Both the position numbers and the translations under genes were made by a program. From Rhizophagus irregularis (taxonomy: Eukaryota): 64,000 nt of DNA. The stretch spans positions 434,001-498,000 of the forward strand of contig NC_089433.1 of the NCBI RefSeq assembly GCF_026210795.1, read 5' to 3'. Numbering within the stretch: the first letter of the stretch is position 1; every line of letters starts with the position of its first letter. This document shows positions 26,501 through 40,869 of this stretch, one piece after another. The notes below the pieces were generated by a model, which searched no databases, was not told where the DNA came from, and saw only the letters and a program-made list of their open reading frames with translations.

Positions 26501-27858
26501 AAATTACTGAGTGGTTCAAGAATTTTTGGAATATTTTTGGTAAATATAAATGTTTAATTTAATTATTTTACAATATTTTAAGAAAATAAAATTAATTATA
26601 TAATATTATAATAATGTAGATATAATTGCTTATGTCCTTTCAATTTACACTTCTATTTATTGGCTTCAAACAAATGATAAGAACAATAATAAGTATCTAA
26701 TTCAATTGCTTTCTTTTTCATGCTTATTTTTGGATATAAAATTTTTGTTATTTTTTAGAGCATTTGAATATTTTGGTGTATATTTTGCAATAATTATTAG
26801 TGTTGGAAAAAAGATTTTTTCGTTTTTATTAGTCTTATTCATTATTATAATAAGTTTTGCACATGCATTTTATATTTTATTATCACCAAAATCTGAATTT
26901 TCACTTGATCAATATAATACAAATAGTAATGATGATCCAAATAATCCTTGGAATTTAGCTCCTAGTTATAGTCAAATTGATAATAATGGAAATATAAATT
27001 CCAATCCACTTATGATTCAAATTCCTGATGGAAATACAAACATGTTTATAGATGTTAAAACTTCCCTTTTTGCTATATATTTATTTTTAATAGGTATATT
27101 TAAATTTTCATAATTATGTAAATATACATAAATATTTTCTAATATTTTTAAGCAATTCTTCTTAACAATAGGTGATTCAAGCGCATTATCCAATTGGACA
27201 TATACAGAAAATTCATCAATTGCAGTATTGATTGTTTTATTTTCCCTTTTAGTTGTTGTATATCTTATGAACTTGTTAATTGGATTACTCAATATAGCAA
27301 TTGAAGAAGATAATAATAGAGTCTCATATTTGATGCAGAAGGCAGAGGTAAATAATATTATCATTAATCATTCCATTTCTGTAAATATATTAATATATCT
27401 CGATTTTATTTTTAAAGATTTTGGCTGAGATTGAGTTATTTTACCTATTACCAAATCAAAGACGTTGGCATACATGGTTTCCTGAAGTAATGTATGTAAT
27501 TTTACTTTTTAAAAAAAAATTTAATGTTATGATTTTATTAATAATTATTCAAATTTATTTTTCAAGATATTATTATGCCGATGTTGATAAGACTCGAGTA
27601 GAAATTGAAAGATTGATTGAAAAGGGTGAATGGGATACTAAGGAACAGGAACTCACAGAGATGCGGAAAAATTTATTAGTTGAACTTAAAATTAAACATG
27701 ATCCTATTGACAATAAGGTAATAATGGAGAAATTAAAAATTGATAATGAGGAATTAAAAATTCGCAATGGGGAATTATTGGAGAAATTAAAATCTCATGA
27801 TGGAAAATTAGATAAATTAGAGGAATTATTGAAAGAAATACATAAAAATAATTCTTAA
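23590..27858 (+). CDS. TRP-like cation channel (ion-transport domain) with a beta-propeller-like N-terminus and coiled-coil tail
   Basis: Exons 23590-24001, 24072-24412, 24492-24618, 24689-26539, 26620-27093, 27172-27347, 27418-27491, 27567-27858 join in frame. Motifs: ALINFKWNAYG, FWNIFD, FLLFFRAFEYFG, pore-region LFLIGD, S6 YLMNLLIGLL, AEIELFYLLPNQRRW. Includes a (DEPT)n 12-bp repeat at ~24840-24910. Confidence 0.9.
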
Positions 27859-28237
27859 TATTATGTTGGTTTTATAATTCTGTTTGTTATTTAAATAATT
27901 CTTTTTTATATGGGTTATCCAATTATTATTAAGTAAAATATATTCTTACTTTTTTTTTACTCAGAATTATTTAAACACTAATGTTAGAGTAATGAATATT
28001 TTAAAAAATTCTTAGTTCATAGTTTAAATAAATCTTGATTTTTCTTAACTTATCCAATTATTAAATATAAATTATCAAAATGATGCATATAAGTATAAAA
28101 CCATCTCCAATTTGCGAAATCAAAATAAAATAATGTAAAATTTTTTATATTCATCTTCAAGACAGTGTTGAAGAAATTAAAGTAATTAAAACTTCATTAG
28201 CTTCATAATTTCTAAATTATATAAAAGCTTTTTTGAT

Positions 28238-31200
28238 AATGACATAAAAATCTCATAGATTAATTCCATGGGTTGATTTTGAATATACATATTTTTTTTT
28301 TGAGTAGCCACCATAAATATTTAATATATAAACGTAATAAGAGATTGGAAAAATATATTTATTAATACATTTATTAATAGAATTATTATGATTTAGGAGA
28401 ATCAGTTAAATCAAAAAAATTTTTTTTTTATGATAATAAATAAATATTTCATTGGTAAAAAAAATTTTTTTCTCTTTTTTTTTTCTTTTTTGAGTAGATC
28501 ACATCTTAGTATTTTATGAAAAGAAGAAATTTTTTAAACATTTAAATAAGAAAAATTATACAATAATAAGGAAATAAAGATTAGAATAAGGTTAATTTTC
28601 AAATTCCAAATATAGACCAACCATACTTAATGCTATGCTAGAGGATTAACCAAATGTTAATATTATTACTAATGAAAATCATTAACAGAAATAATTAAAA
28701 TTGGCTAGGAACCATCTGTACTAATATAGTTGCTTTTTCTCAAAATTCTTGGTGTTGTGTTTTAGGGTGTACTATAATATGGAAATGTCAAATGCAGAAA
28801 AAATTCGGCATAAATTCTTTTTATTGGTTAAATTATACGTAATGGATCATAAAAAAAAATAATTCATGGGATGATATCTAAAATTCTTTTAAGTTCATCT
28901 ACAGTATAATAATATGGGAAAAATTGTTACGACATAAATAATAATAAAGTTGTATTTACTTAATACAATGTTTTAAAATAAAAGCCTATTTATAAATTTA
29001 TTAAATGTAATGTTGATTGGCATAAAAAAGTATATATATTTTATTGGAATTTTATTATAATTTTGTATAAATTATAAAATTAGATTCACGTGGCACGAAA
29101 AGTTGTTAGAACGTAGCCCAAATATTTTATTACGGTGTGATACATGACGAATTTGTGTAATATTAATACATCGGATAATCACTGCGGTAAGACGCATTTT
29201 TGTTTAAAAAATATGATTGTGTTTAAAAGATTAAAGGAAATAACCTTAATAATAAATTTTTTTGCCATAATTAAATTATGTAATAGTTTCATATTTCACA
29301 AATTAATATAAGATATAATTATTACTAATTATTCTTTGAAATTTTCACATCTGATAACCGATTAACGCGTTAAGTATGACTCCATGTTCTTATATTTTAT
29401 TTATTTTAATATAAATTTGGGTACATTGTTGCATAATTTTAGCGAGGGATGAGTTTTTTTTTATGATCGTTTAAATTATTATTTAGAAAATTATGATAAA
29501 AATTGATTATTGAAATCTATATAACTAAAAAAATTTGTCTGACGTTTGGATTAGTCTCCGTATAAATAATTTGAATTGTGTAACTTGAAATATAATTTAT
29601 GGTCAAAAACTATTCGATCCGTGTGCATTCCAATCAACCAATCCAATTTCAGTTTACCTTAATCGTTTGATTATTAATTTTTTTTGTCCGATTTTTTTTT
29701 TAAAACCGAAAAAAAATTTTTTTCTCTTTTTTCTCTCATTCTTTTCCCGTTTAGGGTTAACTTTTTTTTTCCAAACTGAAAAATTATTATTTTTTTATTA
29801 AATAATCCATTTTTTTTTCACTTTTTTGGACCGGATTATTGTCCTTTTTTTTCAGATTCCTTTTTTTCAGAAATTTTCCTTTTTTTAAAACTTATTTCTT
29901 TCTTTATCCTTTTTCTTCCCCCAAATTTATTTTTAAAATTTTATTTTCTTTTTCTTTCAATTTACAAAATTATTATTTTTTTAAAAAAAATCAATATAAC
30001 ATATCAGATATAGGAAAATTGACCAGCATTGATAGAAAGATGAGTAAGATTTTTTCAATTAAATTGAACACTGGATAAATAGTTTGATTTTCAAAATCAA
30101 TTAATTAATTATAAAATATGTAAAAATGTCAATTTTTTTTGGAGAAATTGTTGATTTAATAATAGATTATTATAACCAAATCCATATCCGAAATTGTCTA
30201 AATAACTATCAGATTTTTGAATAAAGATTTTAATTCAAATGGTTTAGTTAAATTAATAATTTATCGAGTAAAATGAGTACCAAAAGAATAATAATAAATG
30301 AAATGAATAGATTCTAATACATTTAATTATTCAAATATTTTTCCTAAGTTGGTTATAAGTTTAAGATTAACTTAATATAATAAGAAAGAATTATAAAATT
30401 TATAATTAATTAATAAAAATATTTGTAGTATTTTTATAATATTAAAGCTTTTTCGAAAATACTTCTAAAAATTAAAAAAAATGAGGGTGAATGAAAAAAT
30501 AGGGAGTAAATGGAATAAAAGAAACGAAGGGGGAGAAAAAGGGGGAATGAAAGAAACAAAAGGAACGAAAAATATCAAGTGGAAATTTTTAAAAAAAAAA
30601 ATGAAAAGAATGAAGAGAGTAAAGGGGAATAAAAAAATGAAAGGAACAAAGGATAGTGTAAAGAGAAGTGGGAAAGGATAATGTAAAGGAACGAAAAGAT
30701 GAAGTGGGAATAGAATAAAAATGAAAGGAATGAAGGGTAGTGTGAAGGAATGAAAAAGACGAAAGGAACGAAGAAGAAATAAAAAACAACGAAAAAAATG
30801 AAGGAAGGGAAGAATAAAAAGAGCAAAAGAAACGAAGAAACAAAAAGAAAACAAAAATGGATAAGGGACGAAAGGAGACAAACAGGGGACCAAGTAAAAC
30901 CAAACCCATAAAATAAAAGAAGAAATAAAGTTAGTAGGGAACGGAAATTACATTTAATAAATAAACAAAAAAAAATAAAAAACATACCTTAGTAGTTGCA
31001 GAGAAGAACCGAAAGACCTAAGAAGAATGAAATACAAAATGTAAGAAACGAAATATTAAGAATGGAATAAAAAATAACTGAAAAGAAGAAACGGCCATAT
31101 AGTGCTGGTCATATCTTAATTGCATAAAAAAACGAAATAAAGGTAGTAGGAAACAAAATGCAAGAAGCATCTTAAAAATGAAAAAAAAAGAAAGAAACGT

Positions 31201-31610
31201 ACCTTGAATGCCGTGCAAAGAAGTGAAAGGACCTAAAGAAAAAAGATTATCCGAGTACGCCCAGGGTGAAAATTAGTTATAATCTTCCTTAATTAATCCA
31301 AATTTCATTCTACACCCAAACGTCAAATCATTAATATAAACTATATTATTGTAAATATAATTTATATCATTCTAATATTATAAATATAATTTAATACATA
31401 TTATTTTATTATATTTATTAGCTAATTATTACCCATATTTAAATTCCTAATTATAAGCAAAAAATTACTGTAACCATCTTTAATTTACTTAGTATTACAT
31501 AATACTAAAATTTTCTATTTAAACAAACTCATTGGTCCCGGTGCGAAGCAACGGGTGACTGCTAGTTTAATACTATATAAAAATTGTTACAATAATATAA
31601 ATATATAAAC
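28238..31610. repeat. Segmental duplication copy B, interrupted by a Helitron
   Basis: Collinear with 12-1480; homology resumes at 31566 (TTTAATACTA) after the insertion. Confidence 0.88.
29516..31565 (+). mobile_element. Complete non-autonomous Helitron, 2050 bp
   Basis: 5' TC end, 3' hairpin CCCGGTGCGAAGCAACGGG plus CTAG, inserted between A and T without a TSD. Empty site TTGAGA|TTTAATACTA at ~1425 in copy A. Confidence 0.92.
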
Positions 31611-31799
31611 AAGAAAAATTTTTTAGTTACGTTATTTTATGGCTTATATTTGAACTAGTTTTTTTTAATCTTAGTTCCGTCCATAAAATTTAAATGGCTC
31701 GTATCACGTTAAAATCTTGTTTGAAAACCGGTATTTTTTTTTATAATTGTGATTTTCGGGAGAAATTAAAACCGAAAAGTTTCTTTCCCATTATCGATA

Positions 31800-33066
31800 A
31801 ATAATGGAAACGTTCATCCAGATGAATGGATAAAAGATCTTCAAAATTTATAGACCAATTAGCGGTTTTAATTTTGAACCCAATCGTGTGAAGTTTGCTT
31901 TATCATTAGTGGATTCTAATATCTTACTTCCAACTGAAATTGATAGTATTGCTAAACTTCGTAATGTACTAATAGAAGATATTTCTTTTACAATATTTAA
32001 AAATACAAATAAAAGAAAATTACAATCATTAAAATATATTCCCGAAAGTAAGGGTGGTGATACTACAAAATTTATTTCAAATTTTCTCAAATTATGTTAT
32101 AATGCTGAAATTAATGATACAGAAGAACAAAAGAATTATCTTTATAAATCATTTACAATGAATAGTTATTTTTCGAAAGAATTTTATAATAAAACGAAAA
32201 ATGCGAATTCAATTAATGAATTAATTAAAGGATTTGAAGATATTGTTTTTGATGAATCAAATTTAATTAAAAATGATTCTATTGTAGCATTAAAACATGT
32301 TGCTACAGAATAATATTTAAGTTCAGCTGAAAATTTATGTTATACAACTGGAAGTCAGAAACAATTGGTATTACGATTTTTTGTGTATATGAATATTTAG
32401 TTACATTTTAGTAATTTTACAGAACTAACATATAATGTATTTTTTCTTGGGTTTTTGTAGGGAGTTTCCAAAATTCTAAACTCTTTATGGAAAATTAAAT
32501 TTGTTAAAGAATTGATTACGTACTCCAATACTTGTAAAATATTACAACGCGTCAAATCTAGTAATAAATTTCTTGGAATAGACGATAGATTTACCTCTCC
32601 GTCAACTAATCACACGGAAGGTAGTAGATTAAAATTTTATTTGTTTAATGCTGTTTCTTGAATCCAAAGTAATATTATATTTATTATTATTTTAGTGAGT
32701 AGTTGTAATGATACCTATCATTGTTGGTATACGGATTGGAAATTTAATCATAGTAAATTAGAAAATCATCAAGGATATTTAAAATAAAATGATATTATCA
32801 ATCTTAGCATTAAGAAATCTACCAAAACTGACAAGTTGAATTTCTACGTAATTATGATATTCAATTTACTATTGGGAATAATACTTATCAAGAAAGTTGT
32901 TTGTCATAATGAAAGATTAGGAGGAAACGATGAAGTGAGTAGAAATATTTATTTAACTTCATTTTTTATCATTGAAGATTTAACAATCAATACTTATCCT
33001 TTTTTTTAGTGGTGTATTGAGCTTATTAAACAACATATTTTGACCATAGATACTTTGCACGATTAA
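31800..33066 (+). pseudogene. Gag/capsid-like N-terminal domain fused to a MIR (beta-trefoil) domain, pseudogene
   Basis: NGNVHPDEWIKDLQ..FALSLVD..LQSLKYIPESKGGDTTKFISNFLKLC, then MIR-type IVALKHVATE*YLSS and VCHNERLGGNDE|WCIELIK. In-frame stops and frameshifts. MIR is the firmer call; gag-likeness is inferred. Confidence 0.7.
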
Positions 33067-35484
33067 ATAATTTTGATTATTAATTCATTTATTAGTCATT
33101 TGTTAGTATACAAATTCTTCAACTTTAATAAATTATACTAAACTTTAAAAGGAATTAAAATGTATTAAATTATTTAGTTGCAATTTATATTTAATACAGA
33201 AATTATCTCATGTGGCGTAAATAATTCACCTACTAAGTCCTGGCCTTGAACGAAAATAATGTCATAAAATCATACCATCACATCATATATTAAAATACCA
33301 TGAAAGATATTCTTCTGAAATATCATTTGACAATGTGCCTTAGAATTGCAGCAGAATGGAAAAAGAATTTTGATTTTATATAACAGAAGAATTTGAGGTA
33401 AATTTGTTTTTTGATTATAGTACGTGTTAAGAAAATGTGATTATGGCACAACAGTTCAAAAAAAATTTACTGAATTTGGTAAGCGAAATTGAAAATCGGT
33501 ATTGCTTTTTAGCCGTTCAATATAAATTTATAAACCACATTTGTTTTTAATCTACACACCTGCTAAGACATTTTTTTCAAGGATAACTCATCATGATCCA
33601 ATGATCATAGAAAGATGAACCAAAGCTCATTGGAATCGTCATTAAGAGAAATTTATTTCATGTCTCTAACGAAAATTTATTGGCATTTTATTATTTAGAG
33701 ATTTTTTGAGAATAACTTATCTATCGATCCTAAATATGATTTCAATTAAATGTCAATATCCTGATTTAACCTTCTTTAAAAAATGCTGTCCACCATCATT
33801 AGAAGATAATAAAATTTGATTATTAAATATAATTTTATACCAAACTTAATATTTTGTTCATTTGTTTTGATACCAATAATTTCATTGATTATGTGAATTT
33901 TTACTAGGAAAATATTGAAAGGCGATCTTATCCTGGTTAGTTAACCTGGACCGTTAAGTTTCCTTATTAAAAAGTTAAATTTTATAACTAGTATAATTAA
34001 AAGTTAAAGAATCTATTGGATGCATAACAAATTTAATCAAAAAGTTTTGACTTTTTTAAGTTTGCTGCAATGAATAAAATGTAATTTGATCTTTTTTTAC
34101 CCTATTAAAACAGTTCTCATCCTCGACAAATAGAAATCATCCGTTAATTCCATTAATTCAAAATTTTGGTATATCGATTAAGTTGTTTTATCTTAGTTCC
34201 TCAAAATGGCTTGTATCACATTAAACCTTGTAATATTGCAAATGTTTAAATTTATGCTTATGTAGAAAATCTGTGCGAGTAAGACCGAATATCGGATCCC
34301 ATTGCTGAAAAATGTGAAACATAAATAGATTAAATAATAATGATTATCAAAAAATCAAAGTAAATATAATCCGTATTACAAGTCAACATAGATAGATACA
34401 TATATGTGAAATGATCGAATGACTCATACAAAGAAATAATCATCCATCAGAACCTCAAATCTGTTGATTATGATCGCAACTATCAGTTTTAAACTCAACT
34501 GATTCACAACAACTTTTCCCACGAAATATTTATATTAAAAAATTCTTTTTCCCACACTTCAATACTTGTAACTTTTTAAAATTTGAATATTTATTATAAC
34601 GCGTAAACTTTTTTTTTTTATATAAACATTCCTTCTTTTTCATATTTATTATAACATATAAACTTTTTTTTTATTACAAGCATAAAAATATTTCAAGTAT
34701 TTCAGCTCCTAGTCAAGATATTAACTCCCTATTTAGAAACATATTATCAAAAAAAATATGAGCTTTACTTCTAAGCAACTTTTAGTTATAGTCTTGAAGA
34801 GAAAAGTTCAAAATAAACATCAAACTTGAAATATTTATTATTCTGGTAAGTAGAAATGACTAAGCTGGGATGTATAAGGGATTTGTGCACCTAGAGTGCT
34901 TCGGTTATCCTCCTCTTCTAGTAGTCTGGTTACCTTAAATGAGAAAAATATAATTTCTCAAGCTATGTCGCAGACTTCTGTATGTGGGGCCTTTCCCTTT
35001 GGTGGTGGGTCTCATGTCTTATTATTAATGTGACAGTACCTCTGCACGAGTTTGATCACTCACGATATATCGTTAATGTCAGTTAATAGTAGGCATGGGG
35101 GCTTGAATCTGTCTTTCTACAAAGCTTACTTAGTCTTCTAACCTATTTTACTATATATTATTTATTTTTAGATTCCATTCTTTAGCTTTTTACTTTGCAG
35201 TAAGGATTGGTATGTTGTAAGATTTTTTGGCTATTAGTTTAATATATAATGAATCTTATTCCTATTAACCTATTATCTATATACCACTGTATGTTTCAAC
35301 ATATATATTTATATTTTGCCATATAATTACTTATTTGTAGGTTAAACAAAAGATAATTTTTTTGTAATAAAAATAATCCCCTTTATGATCTTATACTAAA
35401 AATGGTTAAACACAACTTAGAACTTAGACATAACCTCACAGTACTCTGCTGATCTGCTTTATGAGCTGGTTAGGAAGTTACATC

Positions 35485-36110
35485 AACAGCATATGAAATT
35501 TTAAGAGAGGCTGCATGTCGGGACCTTCAAATTTATACAAACAAAATGGCGAATCAAATGAAGAAAAAAAATAAAAGGCCAAATAAATATGAAGTAGGAG
35601 ATTTATTGAGAATTTCTATTCCAAAAATTGATCGTTCTGGTACAGTTTGTCCTAAACTTCCATGTAAAATAATAAAGATGACAGAAAATAATCAATATCT
35701 CTTAGGATCAAAATTTGGAATTATTAATATATTATTATTCACCTGGAGAAAGAGGGAGGTAGTACGCGGATCCTAGGCCATTTAATGATAAATAAATTGT
35801 AATATATTTGTAGCACAATAAAATTAATTTAGTATGGAAATATCAAAAATGAATCCTATAGAAAACAGGAGAAATTTATGGAAAAGAGTTAATGGAGATA
35901 AATATCAGGTAGAACAATTCAAAATTATTGAAACACTTGGTACAATGTTTTTTCATGAACTCAACAATTTGCCTTCTAACAAAATTTCTGTAAGAAAAGG
36001 TACTACTTGTAATTGTAAAGTGAATGTAATAGTCTGAAATGTAAATAGAAAGTTATTGTGGAAGTAGTTGTCATAGTGGTCGTCCATGTAAAAATAAGTG
36101 TAATGACTAG
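35485..36110 (+). pseudogene. C-terminal fragment of an rve-integrase (Ginger/KRBA2-like) transposase, interrupted by a ~180-bp insertion
   Basis: YEVGDLLRISIPKIDRS..LPCKII..YLLGSKFGII, YSPGE|IETLGT split by the insert, and a terminal CNCK..CN..C..CGSSCHSGRPCKNK cysteine cluster. Confidence 0.65.
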
Positions 36111-36989
36111 ATGAATTTGTGAAATAAATATTACAAAATGTCATTTCTTAATCACAATACAATATGCAGCAAATATAAAATCAAAGGTTGTCTTATAAAA
36201 AAAATAAAATTCAACGCTCAAAAACACTTTTTCTAAAAATCTGAATGTTAATTCAAATATTCAAATACCTTTTCAATAATTCTAGACATTAAATTCAAGT
36301 CTCCAAGTTTAAAATCTATAAAAAAAGGGAAGAAAACATCAGTAAATGTTCTTAAATAATAAAACAGAAGAATTTAACAAAATCACTTCTAAAAATACCT
36401 TTTTCAAGGGTTTTAAACGTTTATTTTAAGATTTTAAACATAAAAGTGTCTTAAGAATTTTAATAATATTTTATGTTTTTAATTTTACGCTTAAAAAAAT
36501 ATTTTTGTGTTACAAGATTAGGTAATGATTAACGCATGTCAGATGATAATTTACTAATGTCAGTTATCTATTGACGCAAATCGCACACCTGAATTCTTTT
36601 TTGGTATTTTGTTCTATTTTTCTTATATGGACACAGAACTGAGGGGAATATAAAAAAATAGATACTAATTTTACCCAAAGAAAAAGACTATACTAATATA
36701 TAAGTTACCTAAAGAGTCATCTTACCCGCTATTTACAAAAGAAATTAAAATTTTTTATTCAATTATATCTGATATGCAGAATAATTATCATTAAAAAGTC
36801 ACGTGAATGTTGGCAATTCGAAGAGTGAGATGACTAGTGAGAAAAATTTTGAGATTAAAACTTTTATGTAGTTGTACTCGATTTTCAAATGGTTTGTCAT
36901 AAAAAATTCTTATAATTTAACTATTTATACTGAAGTTCTAAAATGAATGGCAGATGTCTGGCAATTTATTTATAACTATAAACTAAGCT

Positions 36990-37430
36990 AACTTCTATTT
37001 TCCATAACATATTCCATCATTTTATCGAGCGTAAATGATTTTTCTATTTTTTTACTATTAATTTTTCTTTTGTAATTATTATAATTTTCATCCTTTTTTT
37101 GTCTTTTCCTATTTTATCGTCTATATCTATATTTTTCTTCACTACTATCCCTTTGTTTCCTCTTATCTCTGTTTTTATATTATTCTCTTTTTATATTTCA
37201 ATAGCCATTCTACAACGTTCATTCCAAAAATATTTTTTAATATTTTCGTAGCACCATCCCCAAATTGTTCTGGTTAATTCCCTTTTAACAGGTAATTTGT
37301 ACAAATTCGTATTAACAATCCCATGAATTAATTCCCATACTTTAGTTATCCCGTTTAAAATTCTTGAATTTTCATGTAAAAATTGCATAAACCCCACATC
37401 CTTCTCATCTCATTTAATAGATCATCTTGT
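36990..37430 (-). mobile_element. Probable 3' fragment of a LINE-like ORF
   Basis: VWELIHGIV..IWGWCYENIKKYFWNERC resembles the W..RC tail of fungal non-LTR ORF2 proteins. Intronless, with an internal stop; no RT motifs present. Confidence 0.45.
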
Positions 37431-37929
37431 TTGATAATAATACGAATTTCTTAACTGTTAATAATTTTTAACAAAAAACAAATTTCTTAATAAGTTATAA
37501 TGAAAATAAATTTTAATAACTTTGCAGAAACTTTTAAAATCGAAACTATATCGTGACTATATCAATACTTTACTATAGAACTTACCATAAAGATTTAATA
37601 TCGTGACCAAATCTTGATTTATAAGTTTATTCAGATTGTAGATATAAAGTTAAGGAAATCAATAATCATCACCTGGTTTATCCAGCAGATCATACAAAAA
37701 TTGTATTGGAATCGAAAACATATAGTAAATGTATATTTAAACTATATTAAATACATGTTTAAGTTATAATAAACAAATATTAAAGTTGTAGTAATGCTAT
37801 AGTCTATTTATTTTAAAAAGTTGAAAAATTATTAAAATGCTCAAGTCTAAGTCTAATCATAGATATTCTATTAATACAGTATCCTATAATGTTCAATGCT
37901 CTCTTAACTCTATTAATGATTTTTCAAAA

Positions 37930-38620
37930 TTTTTGAAACTTACTAGAATCTGTTATTCCCATGTAAAGGTTTTAAAATGCTTTTTAAAAGAAAGTTTTAA
38001 AGTACTCTGAAAATGCACTTTCAGAGTTCCAGTAACAAAGACAGAGCTGGTATTTTATGAAAGTGATGAACAAAAAATGTTATTAAAACATCTTTTTAAA
38101 TTTAGCTTCAAAATTATTTTAAAACCTATATTCATTCTTTAATCTTCATAATTCCATATAAATGAATATTATTATTATAAATAACCATTTCTCATTGAAG
38201 TTTAAGCTATAAAAAAACAGCAAAAAATTTAAATAAATATAACAAGTAAAAAATATCTTATCAAAAATAGTTGATTCTGGTATCATGAAGGGCCAGATTC
38301 TTACAAAATTTTGAAAACTATCCAGGTTTGAACTTCAAAGCTGGTTTCTTATAAATAATGATGAATAAAAAAAAGTTATTAACACGTTTTAGAAAAAGTA
38401 AAAATTGGTCTCAAAATTGTTTTGAAACTTACTAATATTCAATTTAATATTATGCTTCCTTTAGATTCTGGTATCTAGAAGAGGCCAGATTTCCTACAAA
38501 ATTAACTGAAAGTTAATTGATATATTTATTAAAAAACTTTTGAATTCTTTCAAAAACTTTACCTAAGGGATCAATGCTTAAACTTCAGAGCTAGTTCCCT
38601 ATAGATCTGAAATAATATCC
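37930..38620 (-). repeat. Degenerate micro-exon/intron array
   Basis: Repeated GAAACTTAC (reverse donor), CTACAAAA/TTACAAAA (reverse acceptor) and recurring GATTCTGGTATC..GGCCAGATT and AACTTCA.AGCT blocks. Confidence 0.45.
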
Positions 38621-39104
38621 ATCATTTTAAAAAAAAAATGTTAGTGTTGTTTTGTACTTTATTACTTTTGTTAAAAATAAATAAATATATTGAAAAAATG
38701 TACCTATTGAAATAATTAAATTCCCATGCATATTTAAGTCAAAATGAAGATAAAACCTAAAAAAAAAAAAATTAGCACAAATGAAAAAAATCAAAAAATC
38801 ACCTTCATTCCACAAAAAATTTTTAATAAAAAAGAATTTTATATAAATTATTCCTGATGATTTTTTTAAACGTCATCTTACTCTGGTGCAGTGTCATAAT
38901 TTTACCATCATTAAAAATAGTAGATATGACAGTAAATTAGGTATTTGATGATCACGTGATGTAGATCATTTTATTATGAAACGAATATGAATAATTATGA
39001 TGTAACATTAAAGGATAGTAAAACATTATAAGTTAACTAGGGAAGAATCAGGAGTCAAGTTGGCACACTCTTCAATTAATTAAAATTTTCAATAGTTTTT
39101 TGTT

Positions 39105-40863
39105 TTTAAATTATATTTATAATATTAGAATGGTATAAATTATATTTACTATAATATAGCTTATATTAATAATGATTTGACGTTTGCGATTTAATAATTT
39201 TTCACCTAGGGTGATTGATGAACCTATAAATTTTATTGGCTAATTAATGAGCTGATCATTTTATATTTTGAATTCATTCTTTTTAGGTCTTTCGGTTCTT
39301 CTTTGTAACTACTAAAGTATGTTTTTTATTTTTTTGTTTTTGTTTATTTATTACATGTAATTTCCATTCCCTACTAACTTTATTTCTTTTAGTTTTATGG
39401 GTTTTGTTTTTACTTGGTCCCCTGTTTATCTCATTTCGTCCCTTCTCTATTTTTTTGTTTTCTTTTTGTCTTTTCATCTTTTTTGCTCTTTTTATTCTTC
39501 CCTTCCTTCATTTTTTCCATTGTTTTTTATTTCCTCTTAGTTCCTTCGTCTTTTTCATTCTTTTACAATACCCTTTGTTTCTTTCATTTTTATTCCATTC
39601 CCACTTCATCTTTTTCATTCCTTTACACTATCCTTTGTCATTTTCATTTTTTTTCCATTCCCACTTCTCTTTACACTACCCTTTGTTCCTTTCATTTTTT
39701 TATTCTCTTTGCTCCATTTCGTGCCCCTCCATTCTTTTCATTTTTTTCATTCTCACTTGATCTTTTTCGTTCCTTTTGTTTCTTTCACTCCCCTTTGCTC
39801 CATTTCGTTTCTCCCTCACTCCCCCTTCATTGTTTTTATTCCTTTTACCCTCCTTATTTTTTCATTCACTCTCATTTTTTTGATGAATTTTTTTTATTTT
39901 ATATTACGTCAATCTTAAACTTACTATAACCAACTTAAAAAGAATATTTGAATGATTAAATGCATTTATAGAATCTATTCATTTCATTTATTATTATTCT
40001 TTTGGTACTTAATTTAACTAAATCAGAATTAAAATCTTTATTCAAAAATCTGGTAGTTATTTAGAGAATTTCGGATATGGATTTGGTTATAATAATCTAT
40101 TATCAAATCAACAATTTCTTCAAAAAAAATTGATATTTTACATAAATTAATTTTAAAATTGATTTTTATGAATTTGAAAAATCAAACTATTTATCCAGCG
40201 TTCAATTTAATTGAAAAAAACCTTACTCATCTTTCTATTAACGTTGGTCAATTTTCCTATATTTGATATGTTGTGGTGATTTTTTTAAAAGAATAATAAT
40301 TTTGTAAATATATTTAATATATAATATTTTATTTTTTATTTAATAATAGTAAAAAATTGAAAGAAAAAGAAAAAAAAATTTAAAAAAAATTTGGGGGAAG
40401 AAAAAGGGGAAACTTCCGGAAAAAAGGAATCCGAAAAAAATAAGTACAAAAAAAATTCTGAAAAAAAGGACAATAATCCGATCCAAAAGAGTGAAAAAAA
40501 TAACAATACGGTCTAAAAAAAAAGATCGAAAAAAAAATAAATAAAATTGGTCTTAAAAGACCAAAACAATGAGGATTATTTTTAATAAAAAAAAATATAA
40601 TTTAAGTTTGGGGAAAAGAATGAGAAAAAAAAATTTTTCGGGTTGAAAAAAAAGGGAGAAAAATTTTTTTAAAAAAAAGGAGTTAAAAATATTTGAAAAA
40701 AAAATCAGATAATAATCAAAAAAAATTGGATTTAGTTGATTGGAATCGAATAGTTCTTGATCATAAATAGTTCAGGCGGGATTTCAACTTTCAAGTTACA
40801 CAATTCAAATTATTTACACGGAGACTAATCCAAACGTCAAACAAATTTTTTTAGTTATATAGA
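39105..40863 (-). mobile_element. 3'-truncated copy of the 29516 Helitron family
   Basis: Reverse complement of 29516-~31395; 5' TCTATATAACTAAAAAAATTTG ends at 40863; hairpin/CTAG end missing. Confidence 0.85.
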
Positions 40864-40869
40864 TAAGTA

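Noticed and set aside
30465..30985. F/L-rich and K/G-rich ORFs here and at 39283-39929, 18864-19292 and 4730-5150
   Set aside because: Low-complexity purine/pyrimidine-skewed Helitron interiors.
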